NCBI GenBank assembly: GCA_017507325.1
Contig: JAFWBD010000059.1
Location: 6,294 to 70,293 of the forward strand
Origin: Clostridia bacterium
GTDB taxonomy: Bacteria > Bacillota > Clostridia > Oscillospirales > SIG627
Reading direction: 5' to 3'
Length of the DNA: 64,000 bases
Positions within the stretch are counted from its first letter, which is position 1. Every line of letters starts with the position of its first letter. The position numbers and the translations under genes are program-made. The notes beneath the pieces are model-generated. The model was not told the origin of the DNA. It did no database searches and saw only the letters and a program-made list of their open reading frames with translations. This document shows, piece after piece, positions 1-8,696 of this stretch.

Positions 1-491
1 TCGAGAGTGGAAAGATCCACCAAGAGGTTGGAGAGCATCAAGGTTTGGTTCTTATCCACGCGGCCGAACATCAGATCGCACACGTAGTCCCCTGCCAGAA
101 GAGGATCCTTGATCTTGGTAATATAGGTGTCACCGGAGGAAGAAACGGGTTGCATCGAAATTTTGCAGTTGTACTTTTCCTCGATCTGAAGGTTACGGGA
201 ATAAACCGCATCGTTAATCTTATCGCCGTTGAATTCCTCGGCATAGATTTCGTGGGTAGCCAGCTGAACACTGGTCAGAGGCCAAGTACCTTTGGCATAA
301 AAAATAAATTCGTGTCCGCCAAGATCCTTAACAGGGGCATCGTACACCGCAGAATAATCCGTGGTGTCGGTCGGAAGCTGAGCTTGCGCTCCCGTTTTCT
401 TCTCGCCCTCATCCCCCTTACAACCGATAAGGCAGCAAGGAAGCAACATAATGAGCGCAAAAAGAAAAGCTAAGATTCTTTTGGTTTTCAT
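1..491 (-). CDS. Extracellular solute-binding lipoprotein, paralog of 694..2214 (runs off the window edge)
   Basis: Not in the ORF track. ATG at 491 reads MKTKRILAFLFALIMLLPCCLIGCKGDE...YDAPVKDLGGHEF...KDPLLAGDYVCDLMFGR, colinear with 694..2214; lipobox LIGC; open to position 1. Confidence 0.9.
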   Translation of the reverse strand, partial: MKTKRILAFLFALIMLLPCCLIGCKGDEGEKKTGAQAQLPTDTTDYSAVYDAPVKDLGGHEFIFYAKGTWPLTSVQLATHEIYAEEFNGDKINDAVYSRNLQIEEKYNCKISMQPVSSSGDTYITKIKDPLLAGDYVCDLMFGRVDKNQTLMLSNLLVDLSTL

Positions 492-543
492 GATATTTCC
501 TTTTCTGAGTTTGTATTTTCCCGTAAAATACGGGAATGCGCTT

Positions 544-572
544 ATTATATCACGACAATATGGAATTGTAAA
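544..572 (-). promoter_or_regulatory. SigA-type promoter of SBP paralog 1
   Basis: Minus strand TTTACA-17 bp-TATAAT with extended TG. Confidence 0.7.
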
Positions 573-626
573 GGGCTTTTTCAAAAAAATATTTAAATTA
601 AACAGCAAGGAGATTTAAATAAAACA

Positions 627-654
627 GAATCGGAAAGGACTTCCTTTCCGATTC
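627..654 (-). terminator. Intrinsic terminator after the 694..2214 gene
   Basis: GAATCGGAAAGG/CCTTTCCGATTC stem, followed by TGTTTTATTT on the minus strand. Confidence 0.8.
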
Positions 655-693
655 CGTAACGATTTCAACGATGGTTTTTATTCAAAATTCGGG

Positions 694-2214
694 TTAAATA
701 CCGGAATTGCGAACTGCCTCCAGGAACTGTTCCATAGCCGTGCGAGCTGCACCGACCTTGGATTCATAGGTGGAGGTGAAGGTATCCCAGTACTCGTCGG
801 TACCGACACCGCCGTTCTTACCGCCGGAGCCGCAATCGTAAAAGATGTTAACGGTTTTACCCCAGTTGAAGAGAACCACGGGGTCAACAATCTTATTCTT
901 GAGGGCCAGAACGACCATTTCCTGAGAATCGGTATCCACCACAGCCTGCTTCAAGCAAACCTGATCGAAGAAGGCGGGGGTGAGAATGGTCATCGAATAG
1001 TAGGAATATGCCTCCAGGAAGTAGGCGGATTGCTCCTCGCCGGATTCGAATCCGTTCTTCTGCCAATCCTTATTGGGATCGTTAGAGGCGGTCACGGGGA
1101 TGGCATAGCCGCAGAAGGAATAATCTTCAACACCGGTGTAATACTCGGCCTGCTCCTCGTTGAGCTTGGGCATGGGAAGCACGCCGTATTCAAAGGGAGC
1201 CTGAGACATGGTCAAGAGAGTACCCGCATTGCAGGCAAAGAAGGTTCCGAGGCTGTTGCGGAAGCGAGTGCCCGAATCAGCCACGTCACGCAAGGGGGTG
1301 CCGAGGATCTTTCTCAGCGCGGTCCAGGAATCCAAAAGATCCTGCTTGGGAGAATCCGGAATGGTAAAGGTTCCGTCTGCATTCTTGATGGAAAGAGTCA
1401 CGTTGCAGGCGTTCACGTGATACCAGTTGGTGGAATACTCGGTAATATAACCGAAGCGGTCGGTTCCGGGGGTCATAGTACCGTCACCGTTGTTATCAAA
1501 CTGGGTGGCTTCCATGATCTCATACATCAGATCGATGGTCCACTTGCCTTCGCGAACCTTCTGATAGAGGTTCACGTCAGGGTCATAGAGAGCCACAAGC
1601 TCTTTGTTGAAATACATAATCCAAGCGGTTCTGTCATCCAGAGTAGCACCGTCACCGATGGCGGTGAAGGCCTTGCCCTCAAAGGTGATTACATCCATAG
1701 AAAAATCATCGTACCAGGCCTTGGAAAGATTCATATTTTCCATGGTATTCAGATCAACCAGAAGATTGGACTGCATCAGCGTAGCGTGCTGAGTGGCACG
1801 GCCGAACATCAGATCGCACACGTAATCCCCTGCCAGAAGAGGATCCTTGATACGGGCAACGTAGTTGCCGTCGTTGACGGTTTCCTGTGTGATGGAGCAG
1901 TTGTACCGATCCTCCAGCTGAAGGTTACGGGTATAGACTGCGTCGTTGATCTTATCGCCGTTGAAAGTTTCGGCATAGATCTCGTGGGTTGCCAAGGTAA
2001 CAGCGGTGATGGTTCTGACCCAGAACTTAAATTCGTGACCGCCAAGATCCTTGATGGGGGCATCGTAGATTTTGGAGGTGTCCACCGTATCGGTGGGAAC
2101 TTCGAGGTTACCGGCTGTTGCGGTTTTCTTTTCATCGCCCTTACAGCCCACCAAACAACAGGACAGCAGCATAACGATGGCAAAGAACAGCGCCATAAAT
2201 CTCTTTGCGTTCAT
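694..2214 (-). CDS. Extracellular solute-binding lipoprotein (carbohydrate ABC SBP-like)
   Basis: 506 aa; lipobox LVGC; motifs YFNKEL, VREGKWTID, YGVLPMPK, AYFLEA typical of clostridial family-1 SBPs; AGGAG RBS. Confidence 0.85.
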   Translation of the reverse strand: MNAKRFMALFFAIVMLLSCCLVGCKGDEKKTATAGNLEVPTDTVDTSKIYDAPIKDLGGHEFKFWVRTITAVTLATHEIYAETFNGDKINDAVYTRNLQLEDRYNCSITQETVNDGNYVARIKDPLLAGDYVCDLMFGRATQHATLMQSNLLVDLNTMENMNLSKAWYDDFSMDVITFEGKAFTAIGDGATLDDRTAWIMYFNKELVALYDPDVNLYQKVREGKWTIDLMYEIMEATQFDNNGDGTMTPGTDRFGYITEYSTNWYHVNACNVTLSIKNADGTFTIPDSPKQDLLDSWTALRKILGTPLRDVADSGTRFRNSLGTFFACNAGTLLTMSQAPFEYGVLPMPKLNEEQAEYYTGVEDYSFCGYAIPVTASNDPNKDWQKNGFESGEEQSAYFLEAYSYYSMTILTPAFFDQVCLKQAVVDTDSQEMVVLALKNKIVDPVVLFNWGKTVNIFYDCGSGGKNGGVGTDEYWDTFTSTYESKVGAARTAMEQFLEAVRNSGI

Positions 2215-2259
2215 AGTTTTCTCCTTTTAAAAATAATCTCCACAATAATGGATATTGTT

Positions 2260-2288
2260 ATATTATCACGGAAATATCAAATAGTAAA
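2260..2288 (-). promoter_or_regulatory. SigA-type promoter of SBP paralog 2, homologous to 544..572
   Basis: TTTACT-17 bp-TAATAT with TG; shares ATCACG..AATAT..AAT.GTAAA with the paralog promoter. Confidence 0.6.
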
Positions 2289-2435
2289 TGCATTTTTTCA
2301 ACAATTCATATAAATTTTTAAATAAAACGTTTTTTTTACAAATTGTTCACTTCTTGAAAACAAGGAAAAATTCTTGCTTTTTTTAAAAAACGTTATATAA
2401 TTAATATGATAGAATTTCACCTTAGGAGGTTTCCC

Positions 2436-3866
2436 GTGATACACAAGCGAAAAAGCGGCGTTTTGCTTCCCGTATTTTCCCTGCCCGGAGATTTTGGCTG
2501 CGGCACCTTTGGCGACAGTGCCTATCGCTGGATCGATATTCTCAGCGAAAGCGGCTTTTCCTATTGGCAGGTTTTGCCCTTCGGGATCTGCGACGATCAC
2601 AATTCCCCGTATATGTCCTATTCCTCCTTTGGAGGCAATCCCCTCTTTATCGATCCCGAGACCCTTTACCGTCAAGGGCTGATCACCAAGGCGGAATTGG
2701 ACTCTCAACGGGTTTCGGATCCCTATCTTTGCCAATATGCTCTGTTAAAGGAAAAACGGATGGACTTTTTTCGCCGCATTTCCGAGACGGTGCGCGACCC
2801 CTCCGATATTCTGGATTTTGCGCAAAAGCATCCCGAGATTCGGGATACCTGCCGTTTTCTCGCTTTAAAAAAGGCAAACAACGGGGCAACCTGGCAGGAA
2901 TGGACCGTAAAGGATCCCGACCCCAAGGAATAATTCGCACAAATATTGATGCAATACCATTTCCATCAGCAATGGGAGCGCCTGCACCGATACGCCGCCT
3001 TGAAGGGCATTTCCGTGATCGGTGATCTTCCCTTTTACGTTTCCCAAAACAGCTACGACGTTTACAGCGCTCCCGACAAGTTTCAATTGGACGAGGCCTA
3101 TGAGCCCGCTTTCGTGGCGGGCGTTCCGCCGGATTATTTTTCCGAAGAGGGACAGCGATGGGGAAATCCCCTTTACCGATGGGAGACAATGAAGGAAGAC
3201 GGCTTTCTTTGGTGGAAAAAGCGCCTTTCTTATATGCTTTCTCTGTTCGACGGTCTTCGCATCGACCATTTTCGCGCCATTGCCGCCTATTGGAGCATTC
3301 CCGCAAGGGAAAAAAGCGCCAAGGCCGGCGAATGGAAAAAGGGCCCCGGACGGGATCTGATCGATGCCATCCGAGAGGTTGCCGGAGAACAATTGATCCT
3401 TGCGGAGGATCTGGGAATCATTGACGAAGCCACAAAAGAGCTTTTGCGCTACAGCGGATTTCCCGGTATGGGAGTCTTTCAGTTCGGCTTTGACGGCAAC
3501 CCGAATTCCGTACACCTCCCCCACAATTACCGGGAGAACCAGGTTGTTTACAGCGGCACGCACGATAACAATACCCTTCTCGGCTTTTTATGGGAGGCAG
3601 ACGACGAATTGCGAGACAGCATTTTGGATTATCTCGGCTACCCGGCGGACGGCTGCGAGGGGGTTCTTCGTGCATTGATGATGAGCCGTGCGGGAATCGT
3701 AATTTTTCCCTTTCAGGATCTGATGAAATTCGGTGCCGACACTCGCATCAACACCCCCGGCAGAGCTGCGGGTAATTGGCAATACCGCATCACACGGGAG
3801 CAAATGGAGAAGCTGGATCGGCAAAAATACCTGCATCTAAACCGAATCTATTCCAGAACCCCATAA
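2436..3866 (+). pseudogene. malQ: 4-alpha-glucanotransferase (amylomaltase, GH77) with in-frame TAA at 2931-2933
   Basis: AGGAGG RBS, GTG at 2436; SGVLLPVFSLP, WQVLP, SPY, IGDLPFY, GVPPD, QRWGNP, RIDHFR, AEDLG, YSGTHDN motifs; ORFs 2406..2933 and 2946..3866 are in the same frame, separated by one stop. Confidence 0.9.
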
Positions 3867-3873
3867 AAAATCG

Positions 3874-3910
3874 AAATCGCCCTCGGATCCGGGATCCGAG
3901 GGCGATTTTT
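3874..3910. terminator. Bidirectional terminator between malQ and DUF4956
   Basis: AAATCGCCCTCGGATC/GATCCGAGGGCGATTT stem between convergent genes. Confidence 0.85.
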
Positions 3911-3924
3911 GATCGGTTTTGATA

Positions 3925-4617
3925 TTAAAGGGTGGTTTGAGCGCCAAAGCTGACGACGCCTGCGTGGAGAACTCCCTCCACCTGACCGAGAGATTCCACT
4001 ATCTCAAGCAGCTCGGGGGTCATTTTGGTCTCCAGGCAAAGCTCAAGAACGTCACCCGAGGCGTTTTTGGACTTGACCTTCATTTTCTTCAGAGCACCGA
4101 GGGCCAATTCCACGTCCTCTCCCTTTTCTCTGCGGTAGCGAACCACCAAAAGATAGGGCGCGGAGCGAGCAGATTTTATCACCAGATAGTAAAGCAGATA
4201 CAGAAGACCAAGGCCCAAGTTGGTAATCAAGGAAATATACACCAGACCCGCACCGGCCATAATGCCGACACTGACCGCCCAGAACATAAACACCGTATCG
4301 GACGGATCCTTCACCGCGGTGCGAAAGCGAACAATGGAGAGGGCCCCCACCATACCCAGGGAAAGGGTAAGGTTTGTGGTAACGGTCATAATGATCGCAG
4401 AGGTTACCATGGAAAGCAGGATCAGAGATAGAGAAAAATTGCGGTTGAACGCCACACCGTGGTAAGTGATGCGATAGATCAAGGTGATAAAGAGAGAAAC
4501 AAAGAACGAAACCAAAAGGCCGACGGCGATGCGATCGCCCGTCATCGTGGTTTGAAATTCGTTCTGAAAGGTGGTCTTGAAAAATTCAACGATCATATCA
4601 AAGCTGAGCTGGTTCAT
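3925..4617 (-). CDS. DUF4956 family membrane protein
   Basis: 230 aa, several TM segments, SLGMVGALSIVRFRT signature; ATGA overlap with the VTC gene. Confidence 0.85.
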   Translation of the reverse strand: MNQLSFDMIVEFFKTTFQNEFQTTMTGDRIAVGLLVSFFVSLFITLIYRITYHGVAFNRNFSLSLILLSMVTSAIIMTVTTNLTLSLGMVGALSIVRFRTAVKDPSDTVFMFWAVSVGIMAGAGLVYISLITNLGLGLLYLLYYLVIKSARSAPYLLVVRYRREKGEDVELALGALKKMKVKSKNASGDVLELCLETKMTPELLEIVESLGQVEGVLHAGVVSFGAQTTL

Positions 4618-5300
4618 ACGTACTCCTTTAACTGTGCCTCAAAGCACAAACAATATTTGGAAATGGCGCAGGCGACCTTGGGAATATCTTCAAACAAGGC
4701 GGAAAGGAAGGGGGGCAAAAAGGCATCGAATTTGATTTCAAGAATGGTATGCTCCGCGGGCAAAACGCATTTTCCGAAGCCTCCCTTCTCCGCGAGAGCC
4801 TCCGAAAAAGGAGATACCGACAAATCGGAATCCAAGGTAATGCGAACGTTTCCCAAGGGATAGCAAAACGCCTTGCGGGTGTAATCCACGTAGAAATACG
4901 GGCGAAAATTTTCGTGACGGCGGCGAAACAGAAACTCTCGAATCAAGGGAGAATCCCCCTCAACCTCATCAAAGGAGCGGGAGCAAAGGAGGCGGGCATC
5001 CACAGCTGAGAGCGGAGTTGACGTTTTGATACAGCCCGAGCCGATCTTTGCCTTTTTTTCAAGACAAACGTAATCAAGTGAGCGGTTATAGAAGCGGATG
5101 CGGTATTTTTCTCGGTTATCGAGCCCCTCCACCTTATCGAAATACGAGGCGGCGGTGAGAGAATCAAAATACAGACTTCGAATGGCATAGCCGCCGAATT
5201 CATCGGTATGGCGATCCCTTTGCATAACCTGTGCCAATCGCAATTCCAAAAGCCTTGCCGTGGCAGAGGCAATATAAAACTTTAATTCGTGACGAAGCAA
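4614..5300 (-). CDS. VTC-domain (polyphosphate polymerase-like, CYTH) protein
   Basis: RHELKF, IRSLYFD, KYRIRFY, LEKKAK, RITLD, ILEIKF, SKYC motifs. Confidence 0.85.
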   Translation of the reverse strand: MLRHELKFYIASATARLLELRLAQVMQRDRHTDEFGGYAIRSLYFDSLTAASYFDKVEGLDNREKYRIRFYNRSLDYVCLEKKAKIGSGCIKTSTPLSAVDARLLCSRSFDEVEGDSPLIREFLFRRRHENFRPYFYVDYTRKAFCYPLGNVRITLDSDLSVSPFSEALAEKGGFGKCVLPAEHTILEIKFDAFLPPFLSALFEDIPKVACAISKYCLCFEAQLKEYV

Positions 5301-5333
5301 CCTTCAAGCCCCTTCCGTTTTTTTCTCACAGAC

Positions 5334-5360
5334 ATACCGAGGCAAATTTCGGAATAAACT
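5334..5360 (+). promoter_or_regulatory. Putative SigE promoter of the 5413 lipoprotein gene
   Basis: ATA(5334-5336)-16 bp-AATAAACT; same gaCATA -35 context as the spoIVA promoter. Confidence 0.5.
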
Positions 5361-5372
5361 GTTCTGACGATT

Positions 5373-5401
5373 ATTTTATCAAAAAGTGACATTCTTGTCA
5401 A
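5373..5401 (-). promoter_or_regulatory. SigA promoter of the VTC-DUF4956 operon
   Basis: TTGACA-17 bp-TAAAAT with TG on the minus strand. Confidence 0.75.
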
Positions 5402-5412
5402 CCGGAGGCCGT

Positions 5413-5949
5413 ATGAAAAAAATCCTTTCAAGGATCCGTCTGATTTCCATCCTTCTTTTCGTTCTTTTCCCGCTCCTTTTCTCCTGCGATCAGAGTCCTC
5501 CCGAAAGCATCTTTCCCGAAAACGCTCCCTGCCGATATGAGGTAAGAGGGCGGCTCGACGGCTTTGAAATCATCGGCACCCTGTTTTTTGATGAAGACGG
5601 CTCGATACGATTTCTTCACCAAAAGGAAAACACCCCTCTTTTCGGAATGGAGGAAGCATTCCGAGACGGAAGGCTTTTCGTTTCCTATCGGGGACTGAGC
5701 TGGGATTCCGACGAGGCGGACACCTCGTTTTACAAGCTGTTTTGTGTTTTGGATGATTTTCGCCGACAAAGCGAGGCTCCTCTTCCTGCCGAGAAGATCG
5801 ACGGAAAGGAGCTCTGCGCCAAAAAAATTCCCTTTCGGGACGGAGAAGTGACGCTGTTTTTCAACAAAAAAGGCCTTACTCCTTATAAAATGATCGCAGG
5901 GGCACGGGAATTGGAGCTTGAACTGTTCTTTTTTGACCCCGCTTCGTAG
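5413..5949 (+). CDS. Lipoprotein, possibly GerS/YdcC (LolA-like) sporulation lipoprotein
   Basis: GGAGG RBS, ATG 5413; signal peptide with LFSC lipobox; beta-rich; GerS-like identity is inferred only from position upstream of mazF and the SigE-like promoter. Confidence 0.6.
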   Translation: MKKILSRIRLISILLFVLFPLLFSCDQSPPESIFPENAPCRYEVRGRLDGFEIIGTLFFDEDGSIRFLHQKENTPLFGMEEAFRDGRLFVSYRGLSWDSDEADTSFYKLFCVLDDFRRQSEAPLPAEKIDGKELCAKKIPFRDGEVTLFFNKKGLTPYKMIAGARELELELFFFDPAS

Positions 5950-6050
5950 AATATCCCCGCCGTTGTGCATACAATATCATCAAACGGAATAAAAGCAAAA
6001 ACGCATGGTAACAATATGAACAAACATCAAATGCGTTTGGAGTGAAAAAA

Positions 6051-6398
6051 TTGACCGTAAAACGAGGAGATATTTATTACGCCGATCTCAGCCCCGTCGT
6101 GGGATCCGAGCAGGGTGGAATCCGCCCCGTTGTCATTGTTCAAAACGACATCGGAAACAAGCACAGTCCCACGGTGATCGCCGCTGCCATCACCAGCAAA
6201 ACGGAAAAAACCAAGTTGCCGACTCACATAGAAGTTGTCGCTTCCGAAAACGGATTAAACAAAAACTCTATTATTCTGTTGGAGCAAATACGTACCATCG
6301 ACAAAAAAAGACTCAAGGAAAAGATGGGTCATCTGGAGGAGGCAACCATGGCACAGGTGAATGCCGCCATTCACATCAGCTTCGGTCTGAACGGATAA
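6051..6398 (+). CDS. ndoA: MazF/PemK family mRNA interferase (EndoA)
   Basis: GGAGTG RBS before TTG 6051; [34 protein letters not shown]...[13 protein letters not shown] closely matches Firmicute EndoA. Confidence 0.95.
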   Translation: MTVKRGDIYYADLSPVVGSEQGGIRPVVIVQNDIGNKHSPTVIAAAITSKTEKTKLPTHIEVVASENGLNKNSIILLEQIRTIDKKRLKEKMGHLEEATMAQVNAAIHISFGLNG

Positions 6399-6401
6399 AA
6401 A

Positions 6402-7094
6402 TCAGTACAGCATCAAGCCTCTTTCCAAAAAGCGATTTCGGTATTCTCTCTGCATTTCTTCATCCAGCAGGGAGCGTGAGAAATCAAGCATAATACTTTT
6501 GACGGAAGAATACTCCGCACAGAACTCGGCAAGACGGTCGGGGATTTCGCTGTTGATCCCCGCTATCACGGGTATGCGGATCCGAAACGGAATTTCTTTT
6601 CGGCACATCTCCCGCAAGGTGCTTTCAACACCGAACAAAGAATAAAAGGGGCAAAGTTTTTTGAGAACCTCTTGATCGGGCGTATGAAAATTCACCACAA
6701 AAAGATCGCACACCTCCCCGACACTGACCGCAACGTGCCGTTCAACGTCACCGCAGGTCCAGATCTGAAGACTCATTTTCTTCTCCTTCAGAATTCTTCC
6801 GACTTCAAGGCAAAAGCGATCGTGACGAAGCGGCTCGCGCCCCAAAAAGGTGATTCCCAGCTTTTGAGTTGCGCACCACCTTTGCTCATCAAGCAAATAA
6901 GAAGCCAGATCATGGGCGGAATACGAGTTTTTTTCTTCATTCTCCTCCCACAAAGACTCCCGCACGGACGGAAGAAGAGGAAACGGCGTGCAGGAAGCCG
7001 TACACGTTCCGCGGCAAGCAGCAAACACAACGCCCGTTCGCGTTCCCTCTCCCAAATCGGTTCTGTAATGATAAAATCCTTGAATGGGTACCAT
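6402..7094 (-). CDS. Divergent glycyl-radical activating enzyme-like radical SAM protein
   Basis: GGAGG RBS, ATG 7094; GEGTRTGVVFAACRGTCTASC, GITFLGREPL and RIRIPVIAGINS align with PflA-type motifs. Confidence 0.65.
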   Translation of the reverse strand: MVPIQGFYHYRTDLGEGTRTGVVFAACRGTCTASCTPFPLLPSVRESLWEENEEKNSYSAHDLASYLLDEQRWCATQKLGITFLGREPLRHDRFCLEVGRILKEKKMSLQIWTCGDVERHVAVSVGEVCDLFVVNFHTPDQEVLKKLCPFYSLFGVESTLREMCRKEIPFRIRIPVIAGINSEIPDRLAEFCAEYSSVKSIMLDFSRSLLDEEMQREYRNRFLERGLMLY

Positions 7095-7152
7095 CGATTC
7101 ACCTCCTGACCGCATTGTAGCAGATCATCGGAAAAAGGTAAAGAGTTTTGAC

Positions 7153-7179
7153 ATATTCCTTTTTCGCGATGCATACATT
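7153..7179 (+). promoter_or_regulatory. SigE promoter of spoIVA
   Basis: ATA-16 bp-CATACATT, a near-perfect SigE consensus upstream of a known SigE-regulated gene. Confidence 0.8.
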
Positions 7180-7209
7180 CATACAAAGAAAATGCGGAGG
7201 AAATCGGTA

Positions 7210-8691
7210 ATGAAAGCGAACACATCCATTTATCAGGACATTTCGGCAAGAACGAACGGGGATATTTATTTGGGCGTTGTCGGCCCCGTCAGAACGGGAA
7301 AATCGACCTTCATCAAGCGTTTTATGGAGAAGCTGGTTCTCCCTCAAATGGAAGAGGGCTCCGCCAAGGAACGGGCCAAGGATGAAATGCCCCAAAGCGG
7401 ATCGGGAAAGATTGTTATGACCACCGAGCCGAAATTCGTACCGGAGGATGCCGTTCGCATTCAAATCGATGACGGTCTCGGCTTTCGTGTAAAGCTTGTG
7501 GACTGCGTCGGCTTTACAGTTCCGGAGGCATCGGGGCTCACCGATGAGGGCAGTTTTCGGATGGTAAACACTCCGTGGTCCAAAAGTCCCCTCCCCTTTC
7601 CCGAGGCGGCAAGGCTGGGGACGGAGAAGGTGATACGCGAGCATTCCACCATCGGTGTGGTTGTCACCACGGACGGTAGCTTCGGCCAGATTCCGCGGAG
7701 CTCTTATCCCGGCGCCGAGGAGGAAGTCATCAATGCCATGAAGGAAACGGGAAAGCCCTTTGTTATTTTGCTGAATTCCCAGCATCCCGAGGAGGAAGAA
7801 ACGCAAAATCTCGCGACTTTTTTACAGGAAAAGCATAAGGTTCCCGTTTTGGCAAAAAACTGCTTTGCTATGGAGGAGAACGATTTTCTTGACGTTCTCG
7901 GAAAGATCGTATTGGAATTCCCCCTGCGGGAGATTCGGGTACAGCTCCCGACCTGGCTCTTATCGCTTCCCGAGGACCAAGATGAAAAAAAATCCATTTT
8001 GAATGCCGTTTGCCATACCATAGAGGGTCTGCAAAAAACGGGCGAATACTTCACCGCTTTGGAAGAGCTGAGGTCAATCGAAGGAATTCAGCAAATCAAA
8101 CCTCTTGTTTCGGATCTTGGCACGGGCAGGATCAATCTGGGCATGGATACAGACGAGTCCCTTTATTGGAAAATTCTCAGCGAAGGGAGCGGAATTGAGA
8201 TCCGCTCCAAGGAAGAGATGCTCAAAGTCTTTTGCACGCTCGCTCAGAAAAAGCTTCAGCTTGACCGTTTGGAATCGGCTCTTCGGGACGTGGAGGAGAA
8301 CGGCTACGGAATCGTTCCTCCTTCTCTGGAAGAAATGAAGTTGGAGGAGCCGAAGATCGTTAAGCAAGCCGGCGGTTACGGGGTGAAGCTGAAGGCCAGC
8401 GCGCCCTCCATCCATATGATCCGCGCCAATATTGAAGCGGAGATTTCCCCCATTGTCGGCAGTGAACGGCAGTCGGAAGACATCGTAAAATTCCTGCTGG
8501 AGGAATTCACCGAGGATCCCACCAAGATCTGGGATTCCAATCTATTCGGAAAAAGTCTTTACGAATTGGTAAACGAGGGCTTGAACACCAAACTCAACCA
8601 TATGCCCGCCGATGCAAGGCTGAAGCTTTCGGAGACCCTGCAAAAGATCATCAACGACGGAAGCAGCGGATTGATCTGCATCATTTTATAA
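7210..8691 (+). CDS. spoIVA: Stage IV sporulation protein A (coat morphogenetic ATPase)
   Basis: IYLGVVGPVRTGKSTFIK, TTEPKFVP, C-terminal GSSGLICIIL; 493 aa; GGAGG RBS. Confidence 0.98.
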   Translation: MKANTSIYQDISARTNGDIYLGVVGPVRTGKSTFIKRFMEKLVLPQMEEGSAKERAKDEMPQSGSGKIVMTTEPKFVPEDAVRIQIDDGLGFRVKLVDCVGFTVPEASGLTDEGSFRMVNTPWSKSPLPFPEAARLGTEKVIREHSTIGVVVTTDGSFGQIPRSSYPGAEEEVINAMKETGKPFVILLNSQHPEEEETQNLATFLQEKHKVPVLAKNCFAMEENDFLDVLGKIVLEFPLREIRVQLPTWLLSLPEDQDEKKSILNAVCHTIEGLQKTGEYFTALEELRSIEGIQQIKPLVSDLGTGRINLGMDTDESLYWKILSEGSGIEIRSKEEMLKVFCTLAQKKLQLDRLESALRDVEENGYGIVPPSLEEMKLEEPKIVKQAGGYGVKLKASAPSIHMIRANIEAEISPIVGSERQSEDIVKFLLEEFTEDPTKIWDSNLFGKSLYELVNEGLNTKLNHMPADARLKLSETLQKIINDGSSGLICIIL

Positions 8692-8696
8692 GCTGA

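Noticed and set aside
1030-2313. 427-aa plus-strand ORF
   Set aside because: Antisense shadow of the SBP gene; no motifs or RBS
2324-2396. AAAACGTTTT / AAAACGTTAT as LacI-type operators for malQ
   Set aside because: Plausible but short, in very AT-rich DNA, with no regulator in the window
2931-2933. Stop-codon reassignment or Sec/Pyl insertion in malQ
   Set aside because: The codon is TAA, which ends many genes here; no other in-frame stops were seen
6005-6045. Tiny ORF (..MNKHQMRLE*) upstream of mazF as an antitoxin or leader peptide
   Set aside because: About 9 codons with no SD; its end is simply the mazF RBS
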